From the IMG/VR virus record IMGVR_UViG_3300027659_000024: a DNA stretch of 16,853 nucleotides; one strand, written 5' to 3'. Position numbers and translations under genes: made by a program. Positions 1 to 7,611 of this stretch are shown here, one piece after another. Source of the stretch: a virus (taxonomy: Duplodnaviria; Heunggongvirae; Uroviricota; Caudoviricetes). Every line of letters begins with the position of its first letter. The first letter of the stretch is position 1. The notes under the pieces were generated by a model. That model ran no database searches. It saw only the letters and a list, made by a program, of their open reading frames with translations, and was not told the DNA's origin.

Positions 1-48
1 GCAATAAAGCAGGTCATTAAATGGAGTTATCAAAATGAGAGGTATTAA
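1..48 (+). CDS. 3' end of a truncated upstream gene (AIKQVIKWSYQNERY*)
   Basis: Open frame from base 1 to TAA at 46-48, overlapping the RBS of the next gene. Confidence 0.35.
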   Translation, partial: AIKQVIKWSYQNERY

Positions 49-51
49 AAT

Positions 52-276
52 ATGAGATTTGCATCAGTCACATGGGTGGATGGTGATTTTAATCGCACCG
101 CTTCCGTATTATCTTTTGACTCCAAAAAAGCTAGAGACGCATACTCAAAACAATCATCAATCAGGGTCCAAAAGATTGACAGTAAGCGCAAAAAACAATT
201 GCTGAATGAGGGTAGACCACATCGGTTAGTGTTGTGGGATAGTAAAGACCCAAGTCTTTTCATTTTTAGGATGTAA
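52..276 (+). CDS. hypothetical protein, 74 aa
   Basis: ORF track; GAGGT RBS upstream of ATG. Confidence 0.7.
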   Translation: MRFASVTWVDGDFNRTASVLSFDSKKARDAYSKQSSIRVQKIDSKRKKQLLNEGRPHRLVLWDSKDPSLFIFRM

Positions 277-282
277 AAAAAA

Positions 283-414
283 ATGATCAAAGAACGAGTA
301 TTCAGCACTGTAATAACCTTACTTACTGTAGGGGTATTGTTTTACTGGTTTAATCCGAGCGTTGAATCACCCATCATACAAAGGCTAAAAAGTCAAGCCC
401 TGAAATTAGAATAA
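283..414 (+). CDS. small membrane protein, 43 aa (not in ORF track)
   Basis: MIKERVFSTVITLLTVGVLFYWFNPS...; one hydrophobic helix; starts 6 nt after previous stop. Confidence 0.55.
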   Translation: MIKERVFSTVITLLTVGVLFYWFNPSVESPIIQRLKSQALKLE

Positions 415-432
415 ATACTCTAAAAAAGGGGC

Positions 433-461
433 TTGTGCTTTGAGTTTAATTCAGGTATAAT
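433..461 (+). promoter_or_regulatory. sigma70-type promoter
   Basis: TTGTGC-N17-TATAAT. Confidence 0.5.
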
Positions 462-1266
462 ATCTTTACTGAATTAACTAAAAACAAACGGGTGAACAAA
501 GTGAAAACAGCAACTATTGAAATCAGGGAGCAGTTAGAATGAAGCCTATTAAAATTGGTAGAGATGTTTGTTAAATAGTCTAATAGTATCGGGGAAGGGT
601 TGGTGATTGATTAAATTGCTTTCAATGTCTGCCCACCCCCTTCCCTTCGGTCTGTCCCTAATTAAATTTCAAGACAGCGAGAAAAATTCTGACAATTACA
701 TTTTTAGTGTATTGTCAAGAGTTTCACATAGATATTTTAGAATTGTTGTAAAAATACGACATGGGGATATGTGTGGTGTCAAGCCAATAGGCCAATATGC
801 AGAAGATATTTATAAATACCCTTATAAGTCGTAGGGGTATTTTAACAATTGTAAAAAAGTTTTAAAAAGCAATGAAAAAACAATACGAGAAGATTGTATA
901 GGAAAGAAAAGCTATAAGAATACGTTTAAAAACGTTTTAAAGGGTCTAGGATGCATCCAAAAAGTAAATACATACCAAGAAGAGGGGGAGATATTTAAAA
1001 CGATCCTGAAGCGTTTTAAGAGGTCTTGTGAAACACAGATATTTTTGAAGATTGGTATTGTAGAAATTCTACGCAAACCATAGGGGAGAATTTTTAAAAA
1101 GGAATTGCGTAAAAACACTACACATCACCAATAGGTTTCTTAAATTCGGGCTTTGCTTCGCTCCTTCGCCCTTTCTTGATTCTTATAACATTCTTATAAG
1201 AAGCTTTTAAAGATTGTTAACAGACAAGAAAGGTACGAGAGTACAGTCAATCAAGATACTTGTGTT

Positions 1267-1419
1267 CATAAAAATATTTATAGAATAATTCTTATAAAAG
1301 TTTTATGAATAACCTATAAATGTTCTATAGATATTTTTATAGAGTACTTATAAAATTCCTATAAAATACTTATAAAAAACTTAAAAAAATTCTATAAGTA
1401 TTCTATAAATATCTTATAA
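1267..1419. repeat. degenerate 11-bp tandem array (core YTATAA), iteron-like
   Basis: TATA(A/G) cores (TATGA at 1304) at 1279,1293,1304,1315,1326,1338,1349,1360,1371,1393,1404,1415, a degenerate unit at ~1382, and two more at 1184 and 1195. Confidence 0.8.
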
Positions 1420-1439
1420 GTATATATTAATATATACTT
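1418..1439. repeat. perfect 22-bp AT-rich palindrome
   Basis: AAGTATATATTAATATATACTT is its own reverse complement. Confidence 0.9.
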
Positions 1440-1463
1440 TAGTACCCTCTTTATCTATATTGT

Positions 1464-1478
1464 AGTCGGAATCCGACT
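1464..1478. promoter_or_regulatory. operator-like inverted repeat
   Basis: AGTCGGA-A-TCCGACT, 2 nt beyond the stop of the wHTH gene, no U-tract. Confidence 0.45.
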
Positions 1479-1480
1479 GT

Positions 1481-1906
1481 TCAAATCTCTTTTTCAGTGG
1501 TCTGTTTTGGTGTAATTAAGAAATCTGTCTTCAGTAAAACATTTCCTTTTATGTCATAAAACTGAAGACTTTCACACTCTGTAGGATCTTTTACCTTTGT
1601 GTAAAGAGTACAGAATCTGTGGTTTGTTGTGTGATGTTTTTGTGTACCAATTACACCCAACTGCTTAAGCTTTCTTAGTGTCAATTTTGTAACAGTCAGA
1701 GATACACCTGTGCTTTCAGATATTTGTTCCTGTGTCTCAAAGTACTCGTTACCAGAGTTCGTGTAAGATAGATATTTTGAAAGCATGTGACACCAGATCA
1801 ACTTATCTGTTGAGGTTATTGTATTAGAAATACTCAAAGACACACAGTAAACACTTTTTGCTCTTTTCAAATACTCTGGTATTTTAATAAAAGAATACAA
1901 TTTCAA
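1481..1906 (-). CDS. winged helix-turn-helix DNA-binding protein (replication-initiator-like)
   Basis: YFETQEQISESTGVSLTVTKLTLRKLKQLGVI is a typical wHTH signature. Confidence 0.7.
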   Translation of the reverse strand: MKLYSFIKIPEYLKRAKSVYCVSLSISNTITSTDKLIWCHMLSKYLSYTNSGNEYFETQEQISESTGVSLTVTKLTLRKLKQLGVIGTQKHHTTNHRFCTLYTKVKDPTECESLQFYDIKGNVLLKTDFLITPKQTTEKEI

Positions 1907-2160
1907 TGTCCTCCTTGGATCTCTTTCTTAATTGCTTTTTGAATCTCAACCAAACGCTTTAGTCTTTTCTTTTCTGACCTTTGTTCGTCACGGGAAGCGT
2001 TCAAGACTTTAAAGTAAAACTCACCATTCTTTTCTGAAGGATCAGAAGCAATATAAAGATTTTGGATTTCATTCTTTAAGAAACCAAGTTGTTCTTCTAC
2101 AGAGGATATTTCAGCTTTCAGTAGTGATTTCAGTGATTGTAGTTTAGATTTAGTTATCAT
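1903..2160 (-). CDS. hypothetical coiled-coil protein, 85 aa
   Basis: ORF track; AGGAG RBS; ATGA overlap with next gene. Confidence 0.75.
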   Translation of the reverse strand: MITKSKLQSLKSLLKAEISSVEEQLGFLKNEIQNLYIASDPSEKNGEFYFKVLNASRDEQRSEKKRLKRLVEIQKAIKKEIQGGH

Positions 2161-2192
2161 ATATGTATTTCTCCTTTATTTTATTATTGAAT

Positions 2193-2474
2193 TTATTCTG
2201 CACCAAACATGATATAAACTAACTCAGAGTACGTCAATTGTTTTTCTGTACAGCTTTCGTTTGCTTCATCATGTATTTGGACACAATAGGTTTTATTTAG
2301 TTCTGTTGGTGACTGTACTACTGTATACTTTACAGATTCCCTGTAGAAGTTAAATCCCGGTTTAAATTTAAATTCTTCAATCATTTCCTCTTTCCTCCTT
2401 TCTTTAAAGTGCAACCTAAAAGAGTGTTTTACTTCTCTTAAAGTGTCAATCTGATTTGTACTAAGGTATTTCAC
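2193..2474 (-). CDS. hypothetical protein, ~93 aa
   Basis: ORF track 2193..2492; GTG at 2474 overlaps the upstream stop (GTGA) and is the likelier start. Confidence 0.65.
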   Translation of the reverse strand: MKYLSTNQIDTLREVKHSFRLHFKERRKEEMIEEFKFKPGFNFYRESVKYTVVQSPTELNKTYCVQIHDEANESCTEKQLTYSELVYIMFGAE

Positions 2475-2773
2475 AACCAATATCCCACCCAAAGCTTATA
2501 TCCGGAACGAAAGAAATGACCGTTGTTTGGGCACAACTCAGAATACGGAGTAACTGAAGAGTTAAATCCTTCTTGTTTTAGTGCAGAGCAACAACGATCT
2601 GCTTCTTGTTTTTTATCTAAAGTAAATTGGTATTCAAAATAACCGGCTTGTATGTTCTCCTTGATACCTTTTACAATATCTGGGTACTCCGAATATAAAA
2701 ACTCTAAATTTTCTTTTTGTTCTTTAATTTTAAGTTTTTTAATTTCAAGTTGTACTTCTTCAAACAGTGTCAT
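2471..2773 (-). CDS. hypothetical protein, ~100 aa
   Basis: ORF track; AAAGGAG RBS is properly spaced to ATG 2773 rather than 2779. Confidence 0.7.
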   Translation of the reverse strand: MTLFEEVQLEIKKLKIKEQKENLEFLYSEYPDIVKGIKENIQAGYFEYQFTLDKKQEADRCCSALKQEGFNSSVTPYSELCPNNGHFFRSGYKLWVGYWL

Positions 2774-2921
2774 AAACATCTCCTTTAAGTTCTATAATCC
2801 TTGGTGTTCTATGTTGGAAATACAACAGTTGCATCTCTGCTTGAACTTTATCCAAGTACACAGCGAGTAATTCATTTTCATTCGATAACACAGCATAAGC
2901 TTTTACAGTGCAGATTTTCAT
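2760..2921 (-). CDS. hypothetical protein, 53 aa (not in ORF track)
   Basis: MKICTVKAYAVLSNENELLAVYLDK...; fills the gap in the leftward operon. Confidence 0.6.
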   Translation of the reverse strand: MKICTVKAYAVLSNENELLAVYLDKVQAEMQLLYFQHRTPRIIELKGDVYDTV

Positions 2922-2934
2922 ATTTTGTCTGTCC

Positions 2935-3228
2935 CTAATTAGCAGTGCCGAAACATCTCAAAAGATGTTTCCAAAAAGATTTTAAGAAACTCTCTTTTTT
3001 AATATCCTCTTTTTGTTCAAAGAACTTACCTTCTTTTCCACATCTCCAGTGATGAAAGCCTTCTCGTTCAACATTACAACGAATAATACTTTCTGTAACA
3101 AAACCCGTTAGTACATTCTGATGTGATTTAATTGTCCTAATACAAAGCCCGTACATGTAATCATCAAAATATTTACAATCTTTACAAAGCTTTACTTTGT
3201 TTTCAATAGGTGCATTTGACTGTGTCAT
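2935..3228 (-). CDS. Cys-rich hypothetical protein, 97 aa
   Basis: LCKDCKY...C...C...CGKEGKFFE; start at MTQSN with AAGGGGAG RBS. Confidence 0.7.
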   Translation of the reverse strand: MTQSNAPIENKVKLCKDCKYFDDYMYGLCIRTIKSHQNVLTGFVTESIIRCNVEREGFHHWRCGKEGKFFEQKEDIKKESFLKSFWKHLLRCFGTAN

Positions 3229-3463
3229 GTTGCTCCCCTTCTTTTGAAAAATAATCCACCAAAGCGTCTGCCGCTTGTTTACAGTCTTCGTGATAATCAC
3301 TCTGAATAAGGGGTACAGAAAAGTTACGTGATTCAAAATAATCACCTTGAATAACGAATTCAAAAGCTATAGAGTCGGGATTAAAGGTGCACTTCTTAAC
3401 AAACAGATCTGAGTCTGTAGGTATTTTCAGAAAATCGTGAAGCTTAGAATGTTTGTATTTCAT
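3203..3463 (-). CDS. hypothetical protein, 86 aa
   Basis: ORF track; AAGGAGG RBS. Confidence 0.75.
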   Translation of the reverse strand: MKYKHSKLHDFLKIPTDSDLFVKKCTFNPDSIAFEFVIQGDYFESRNFSVPLIQSDYHEDCKQAADALVDYFSKEGEQHDTVKCTY

Positions 3464-3621
3464 TTTTCCTCCTTTTTGTCTTGGATAAATACCTTTAGTG
3501 TACGGTCATCATCCTGAAACGATAACACAACTTCCCTGTGTGCAGTAAGATATTTCACATATGATCTACCTCTTTCGTCAATCACTTCTACTCTTGTTAC
3601 TTTTTGTGTTGTAATGTTCAT
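3460..3621 (-). CDS. small phage hypothetical protein, 53 aa (not in ORF track)
   Basis: MNITTQKVTRVEVIDERGRSYVKY...LSFQDDDRTLKVFI resembles a recurrent small phage protein; GGAG RBS; ATGA overlap. Confidence 0.7.
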   Translation of the reverse strand: MNITTQKVTRVEVIDERGRSYVKYLTAHREVVLSFQDDDRTLKVFIQDKKEEK

Positions 3622-3916
3622 TTTCTCTCCAATTATTAGTTCTTAACATTCTGTAAGTTGCTTCATTTACGACTTTGGCATCAAATTTAGAATTTTCATC
3701 AAAATAAACATAATCAACTTTCCTACCCATGAAAAACTCTTTGCTTTCTACAACAAAATTCATAACATAGTCCTTTGTTTCGACTGTAGCATTTCTTAAA
3801 CAAACAGTAAAGTCTTCTTTATAATTTGGCATATTCTTTATAATTTGAAGAAACTTCTCAAATTCTATTTTTAGGATTGCGTGGTTTTTATAAACTCTGA
3901 TGTATTGTAGTTTCAT
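3578..3916 (-). CDS. hypothetical protein, 112 aa
   Basis: ORF track; ATGA overlap with upstream gene. Confidence 0.7.
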   Translation of the reverse strand: MKLQYIRVYKNHAILKIEFEKFLQIIKNMPNYKEDFTVCLRNATVETKDYVMNFVVESKEFFMGRKVDYVYFDENSKFDAKVVNEATYRMLRTNNWRENEHYNTKSNKSRSD

Positions 3917-4233
3917 TTCAAATCCTTTTTTGCTCTAGCCATAAAAATATCAATCACGGATTTGTTTGAAGAGTAATGAAAGGTAGCTTCTTCGTAATCA
4001 AACCACTTTTCTTTTTCATAACGATAAAAAGAGTTCAAAAGATTATACAACTCCTGCTTTCGATCAAAATAGATCAACAAAAATCTTGGTTCTGTTGTGT
4101 CGGAAAAGTATCCGATCATGTATTCATACAGACCATCCCCTACATTACCGCAGTTGGCAATGTAAGTCACTGCAATATTTTTACATTGTGAATCGTTGCC
4201 GAAAGGCACTAGTTCTGTAATTTGTCTTAGCAT
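3913..4233 (-). CDS. hypothetical protein, 106 aa
   Basis: ORF track; GAGGTG RBS. Confidence 0.75.
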   Translation of the reverse strand: MLRQITELVPFGNDSQCKNIAVTYIANCGNVGDGLYEYMIGYFSDTTEPRFLLIYFDRKQELYNLLNSFYRYEKEKWFDYEEATFHYSSNKSVIDIFMARAKKDLK

Positions 4234-4508
4234 ATTTTCACCTCTTTTAAAGTAACTTCGAATAATTCCAATTGATCTACGAGTAATCGACTTTTATTTA
4301 TATCTTCTAAAGTCTCAACAGCTTCCTTTTCAGTCATTAGAAAAATGCTTTTAGGACCATAAGTATAGTTACAAACTCCGTATGATTTGTGTAAAGTACC
4401 AAAAAGATACATTTTCTTTTCTGTCACATCGTCCTCCTTTATTGCTTTAACAACCACATCTGGATCAACAATGCTCCGTGAACCCGCAATAATAATTTTG
4501 GTTGTCAT
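4227..4508 (-). CDS. chimeric ORF: SLOG/YspA-like N-terminal remnant fused in frame to a ~66-aa gene starting at GTG 4427
   Basis: KIIIAGSRSI start typical of YspA/DUF2493 SLOG proteins; internal AAGGAGG 5 nt before in-frame GTG. Confidence 0.55.
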   Translation of the reverse strand: MTTKIIIAGSRSIVDPDVVVKAIKEDDVTEKKMYLFGTLHKSYGVCNYTYGPKSIFLMTEKEAVETLEDINKSRLLVDQLELFEVTLKEVKIC

Positions 4509-4666
4509 ATTGATTTACTCTTAATTTTACCACATTTCTTGCAATTTTGAACATACAGATAACCATAAGGTCTTCCTTGTTCGCTATCGTTATGAAACAA
4601 AGGGTGTTTACTAATAATTTCCCAATCGTGGCGACAGATTCCCAATATAAATTTAATCCACTTCAT
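4505..4666 (-). CDS. small Cys/His (Zn-ribbon-like) protein, 53 aa (not in ORF track)
   Basis: MKWIKFILGICRHDW...CKKCGKIKS; ATGA overlaps at both ends. Confidence 0.7.
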   Translation of the reverse strand: MKWIKFILGICRHDWEIISKHPLFHNDSEQGRPYGYLYVQNCKKCGKIKSKSI

Positions 4667-4830
4667 TTTGCTTTCCTCGTATGTTTGTATTTTTCTCTAA
4701 TCCTAAAATGTTCTTTTAGAACCTCTGAAAAAGTCAAAGACTTATCGTAAAACGCTCTCATTAGTTTTCTAATAGTCAATTTGGTGTGTATTTTGCCTTG
4801 CAGTTTTCTTTTAAGTTTTCGCATTTTCAT
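4663..4830 (-). CDS. basic hypothetical protein, 55 aa
   Basis: TAATG coupling to upstream stop makes ATG 4830 the likely start. Confidence 0.6.
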   Translation of the reverse strand: MKMRKLKRKLQGKIHTKLTIRKLMRAFYDKSLTFSEVLKEHFRIREKYKHTRKAK

Positions 4831-5018
4831 TATATTGAAACCTCCAGTACAGAAAAAACTCCAGCTACAATTAAAACGCCAATCAGAATAATTAAAAACC
4901 CAACCCACAACTCTCCTTTACTTCCTGTAAACTTCGATTGAAAAGCTAAAGCTGTTCCAGCAAAAGAAACGAATAACCCAAACAACAATACAGCGATTAC
5001 ACCTATGATTTCAAACAT
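4830..5018 (-). CDS. membrane protein, 2 TM helices
   Basis: Two long hydrophobic stretches; GGAG RBS. Confidence 0.7.
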   Translation of the reverse strand: MFEIIGVIAVLLFGLFVSFAGTALAFQSKFTGSKGELWVGFLIILIGVLIVAGVFSVLEVSI

Positions 5019-5230
5019 TTTTCTCTCCCATTAAAAAATCGTCTCCACAAGTAAGATCTTGCGGTACTGACTACAGCAAAGATTGCTGTAATTTCAAAGT
5101 TTGTACCCCAATCAGGAGAAAATCCATAAAGAGGGGCAACAACATACGCCCAAACAAAAAGAGAAAGGAGAAATCCCGAAATCTGATTCAAAATTGATTC
5201 TACAAGCGAACTGGTTTTACTTTGTGCCAT
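5003..5230 (-). CDS. conserved phage membrane protein, 75 aa
   Basis: QS...SLVES..N...GF...F...S..RSY.WRRFF pattern of a common phage family; GGAAGG RBS. Confidence 0.7.
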   Translation of the reverse strand: MAQSKTSSLVESILNQISGFLLSLFVWAYVVAPLYGFSPDWGTNFEITAIFAVVSTARSYLWRRFFNGREKCLKS

Positions 5231-5429
5231 AGTATTTACCTTCCTCCATATCTTTGTCAGATATTTCTGTAGTGATAATCTCTTCTACACTTACGCAATG
5301 AAAAAATAAATCTAACCAAACTGAATCTGGTATATTGTGCCCTTCGTGTTCTATTTTTCCATCTACAAGCAAAACTTTCCAATCACCTCTTGGGCAAGTA
5401 ATCACTTCGATTTTCATTCTTTGACTCAT
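5217..5429 (-). CDS. hypothetical protein, 70 aa
   Basis: ORF track; GGGAG RBS. Confidence 0.7.
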   Translation of the reverse strand: MSQRMKIEVITCPRGDWKVLLVDGKIEHEGHNIPDSVWLDLFFHCVSVEEIITTEISDKDMEEGKYYGTK

Positions 5430-5439
5430 ACTTACTCCC

Positions 5440-5880
5440 TCACTCTATTCCGTCCGGTTTTAACACAACTATCATACTGTCGTGCATTCCGCATTTGTTT
5501 TTAACTAATTCACCTTTTGTATTTAATCCTTCAAATTTCACTCTTCCTTTTAAGAATCTTATTTCTGTCGCATTTGGTAAAATTACATTGTGAAATAAAA
5601 CAGTACTTGTAGACACTGGTAAAAGTAGTACAGACAGTCTACCTTGATTTTTAAAATCAACAGCCCTCTTGACGAAAGCTTCTTTTAAAGATCTGCTGTA
5701 AGGAGGGTTTACAAAATTTCTAAAGCCCCAATCTATAAGAAGTCCATCTTTATCTGGAGTTATTTCTCCAGTATTGAGTGGACAAGGATCGAAATCGAAG
5801 TTAAACTCTTCGTTCAGCATATTGTACAAATAATCTGGAGTTTTCCAATTATCACTATGATTTTGATTTCTGTTTTTCAT
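5440..5880 (-). CDS. phage DNA N6-adenine methyltransferase (Dam-like family)
   Basis: D.W.TP, FDFDPC and catalytic NPPY motifs, IRFL.GR..F. Confidence 0.85.
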   Translation of the reverse strand: MKNRNQNHSDNWKTPDYLYNMLNEEFNFDFDPCPLNTGEITPDKDGLLIDWGFRNFVNPPYSRSLKEAFVKRAVDFKNQGRLSVLLLPVSTSTVLFHNVILPNATEIRFLKGRVKFEGLNTKGELVKNKCGMHDSMIVVLKPDGIE

Positions 5881-5889
5881 ACTTACTCC

Positions 5890-6108
5890 TTACGGATGAA
5901 TCTGGTAGTCATCGCCCATGTCATCATCTAAGTTCAATGCACCAGCAAAGAATAGCATGATGTACAAACCCAAATTCATTACAAAAGCTACTCCCAACAT
6001 GATTGCTCCCAGTTTTACCGAAAAAGCAAGAGAAAACCCTGCTAGTACAATCATGAGAAAAACTACACCAAATGCTCGCCCATAAAAATTATTAAAATTC
6101 AAGATCAA
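5890..6108 (-). CDS. membrane protein, 72 aa
   Basis: Two hydrophobic helices; GGAG RBS. Confidence 0.65.
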   Translation of the reverse strand: MILNFNNFYGRAFGVVFLMIVLAGFSLAFSVKLGAIMLGVAFVMNLGLYIMLFFAGALNLDDDMGDDYQIHP

Positions 6109-6752
6109 ATCTCCTTCTCTGCTCGTTTAAGTTCTTGGTAATTTTCTACCAACTGTAAAAACAGTGTATACGAAGTTTTGATAAAATGCAAGAAGTATTT
6201 TATTTTGTTTGGTTTGTAATTTTGTTCGTACACGGTTTTAGCTAAGAAGTGGTGTTGAACTTCTTCTTTTGCGTGTTCCTCCCAAAGTTTACTACTCTGT
6301 AATTCTCTCTTAAAAAAGAACTTGCCGCCTTTAATGTAAAGAAACCCACCGAAAGCAGTCAAGTCTTCTAGACAAACTGTAGTCAAGAGTCTTTTATCAG
6401 GTGTAAATCCTAGATTTTGTAATCGACTGTGGGCAGACCTTTCCAGTTTTTCAGTGTCAACTTTGTATGTAGTTTTTAAAATCCTATTTAAACTTCTGTG
6501 TGCTAAACTGTGTTGCGCTTCTTGTTTAATGAACTCTTTGATTTCAAAATACGTTTCGTCATCAACACAGCTTTGATGTAATCTTACAGCATCACAGAAG
6601 AAGCGTTCGCCAATTACAAAAGTCAGACTAAGAGAATTTAAAACTCTAGTTAGAAATTTAAATTTAGTGTAGTTTAATACATTTTCTTTACTTGTGTCTG
6701 TAATAAGTTCAAAGGGTTTTGATTTTAGTTTTGTCTCTTGGTTTTTTTGCAT
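6105..6752 (-). CDS. predicted 'metal-dependent hydrolase' (PF10118-like helical diiron protein)
   Basis: NSLSLTF..GERFF, FIKQEAQH...H, TTVCLEDLTA, LW..HAKEEVQH motifs. Confidence 0.75.
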   Translation of the reverse strand: MQKNQETKLKSKPFELITDTSKENVLNYTKFKFLTRVLNSLSLTFVIGERFFCDAVRLHQSCVDDETYFEIKEFIKQEAQHSLAHRSLNRILKTTYKVDTEKLERSAHSRLQNLGFTPDKRLLTTVCLEDLTAFGGFLYIKGGKFFFKRELQSSKLWEEHAKEEVQHHFLAKTVYEQNYKPNKIKYFLHFIKTSYTLFLQLVENYQELKRAEKEI

Positions 6753-7047
6753 CTTTGTCTCCTAAAGGATTGTCTTGGCGTGTTAAGTGTTTAAGTTTAC
6801 ACTGAAGTTCATTGGCATCCAGAACAGAACCAGAGTAAACCAGTTCCGAATCTAGAAGAAGTTTGCAGTATTCGTGTTCAATACTGAAGTTTTGATAAGA
6901 AATAAAATCAAAAGGGTTTAGTTCTAACCAGTCTGTTTTAAATATATCAGATATTTGTCTGTGTGTCAAGATATAAGATAGAATCAAAGATTCATAATTA
7001 TTTTCTTGTACTTTTTTTAAATCGTACAGCTTCACTGTCAATAGCAT
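6709..7047 (-). CDS. hypothetical protein, ~112 aa
   Basis: ORF track start 7074 lies inside a terminator stem; ATG 7047 has AAGGTG RBS. Confidence 0.7.
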   Translation of the reverse strand: MLLTVKLYDLKKVQENNYESLILSYILTHRQISDIFKTDWLELNPFDFISYQNFSIEHEYCKLLLDSELVYSGSVLDANELQCKLKHLTRQDNPLGDKDAKKPRDKTKIKTL

Positions 7048-7056
7048 TCTACACCT

Positions 7057-7095
7057 TAAATAAAAATACCCCAAAAGGATTTCTCCTAATGGGGT
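7057..7095 (-). terminator. Rho-independent terminator closing the tRNA region
   Basis: ACCCCATTAGGA-GAAA-TCCTTTTGGGGT followed by ATTTTTATTT. Confidence 0.75.
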
Positions 7096-7117
7096 TTATA
7101 TAAATTAAAAATCTTTG

Positions 7118-7203
7118 CTGTACAGGTAGGCTTCGAACCTACAGTTGCTTTCGCGACAGATTAACAGTCTGCTGGGTCTACCAATTCCCCCCCCCACTGT
7201 ACA
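7118..7203 (-). tRNA. tRNA-Asn(GTT) with long variable arm, no encoded CCA
   Basis: Acceptor TGTACAG/CTGTACA, G73, anticodon arm GCAGA-CTGTTAA-TCTGT, T arm GTAGG-TTCGAAG-CCTAC. Confidence 0.85.
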
Positions 7204-7211
7204 ATAATCTT

Positions 7212-7370
7212 GGGTAAGTACACAACCAACCCTTTCACCTGTCAATTCAGGTTGTGCCTGCCGAAGGGGAGGTAGTTTCTACCTGCTAATCTCCTGCTGG
7301 GACTTAGTTTTTGGTTAGCACCAACTAACCTTTAACCTGTACTCAGGTTCGTAACACCGGGAGAGGTGTG
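7212..7370 (-). ncRNA. structured RNA of unknown family, copy A
   Basis: Run of hairpins (ACACC/GGTGT, AACCTG/CAGGTT, GGTTAG/CTAACC, AGGTAG/CTACCT, ACCTG-AATTGA-CAGGT, GGGT/ACCC); 23-nt motif shared with copy B. Confidence 0.6.
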
Positions 7371-7382
7371 TTTTATTTTGGG

Positions 7383-7456
7383 TTGCGGCCTGAAGAATCG
7401 AACTTCATTTGATTTAGTTTATGAGACTAACCCTGATCCAACCAGTACCGACCGCG
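7383..7456 (-). tRNA. tRNA-Met(CAT), initiator-like (C1:A72), partly non-canonical
   Basis: CGCGGTC/GGCCGCA, anticodon arm TTAGT-CTCATAA-ACTAA, T arm TGAAG-TTCGATT-CTTCA. Confidence 0.7.
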
Positions 7457-7611
7457 ATTACAGGGTCGAGCTATACTCCGGTAACCACCAGAATATTTAT
7501 TCAGATTCTTTGCCCTCGACCAGCAAAAGACTGCTTAAACAACTTATCTTCGGTAATGACAAGCATCACTCTGGGTCATTGTAGAACCTAGTTTAAGGTA
7601 AGTTTTACAAC

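Noticed and set aside
607-1118. ORFs 607..834(+) and 912..1118(-) in the long intergenic region
   Set aside because: Non-ATG starts, no convincing RBS, low-complexity A/T-tract sequence; cannot be fully excluded
1267-1419. CRISPR-like array
   Set aside because: Units are 11 bp, degenerate and contiguous, with no spacers and no cas genes
3578-3916. GRKVDYVYFDE as a Walker B of an ATPase
   Set aside because: No Walker A and the protein is too short; weak resemblance only
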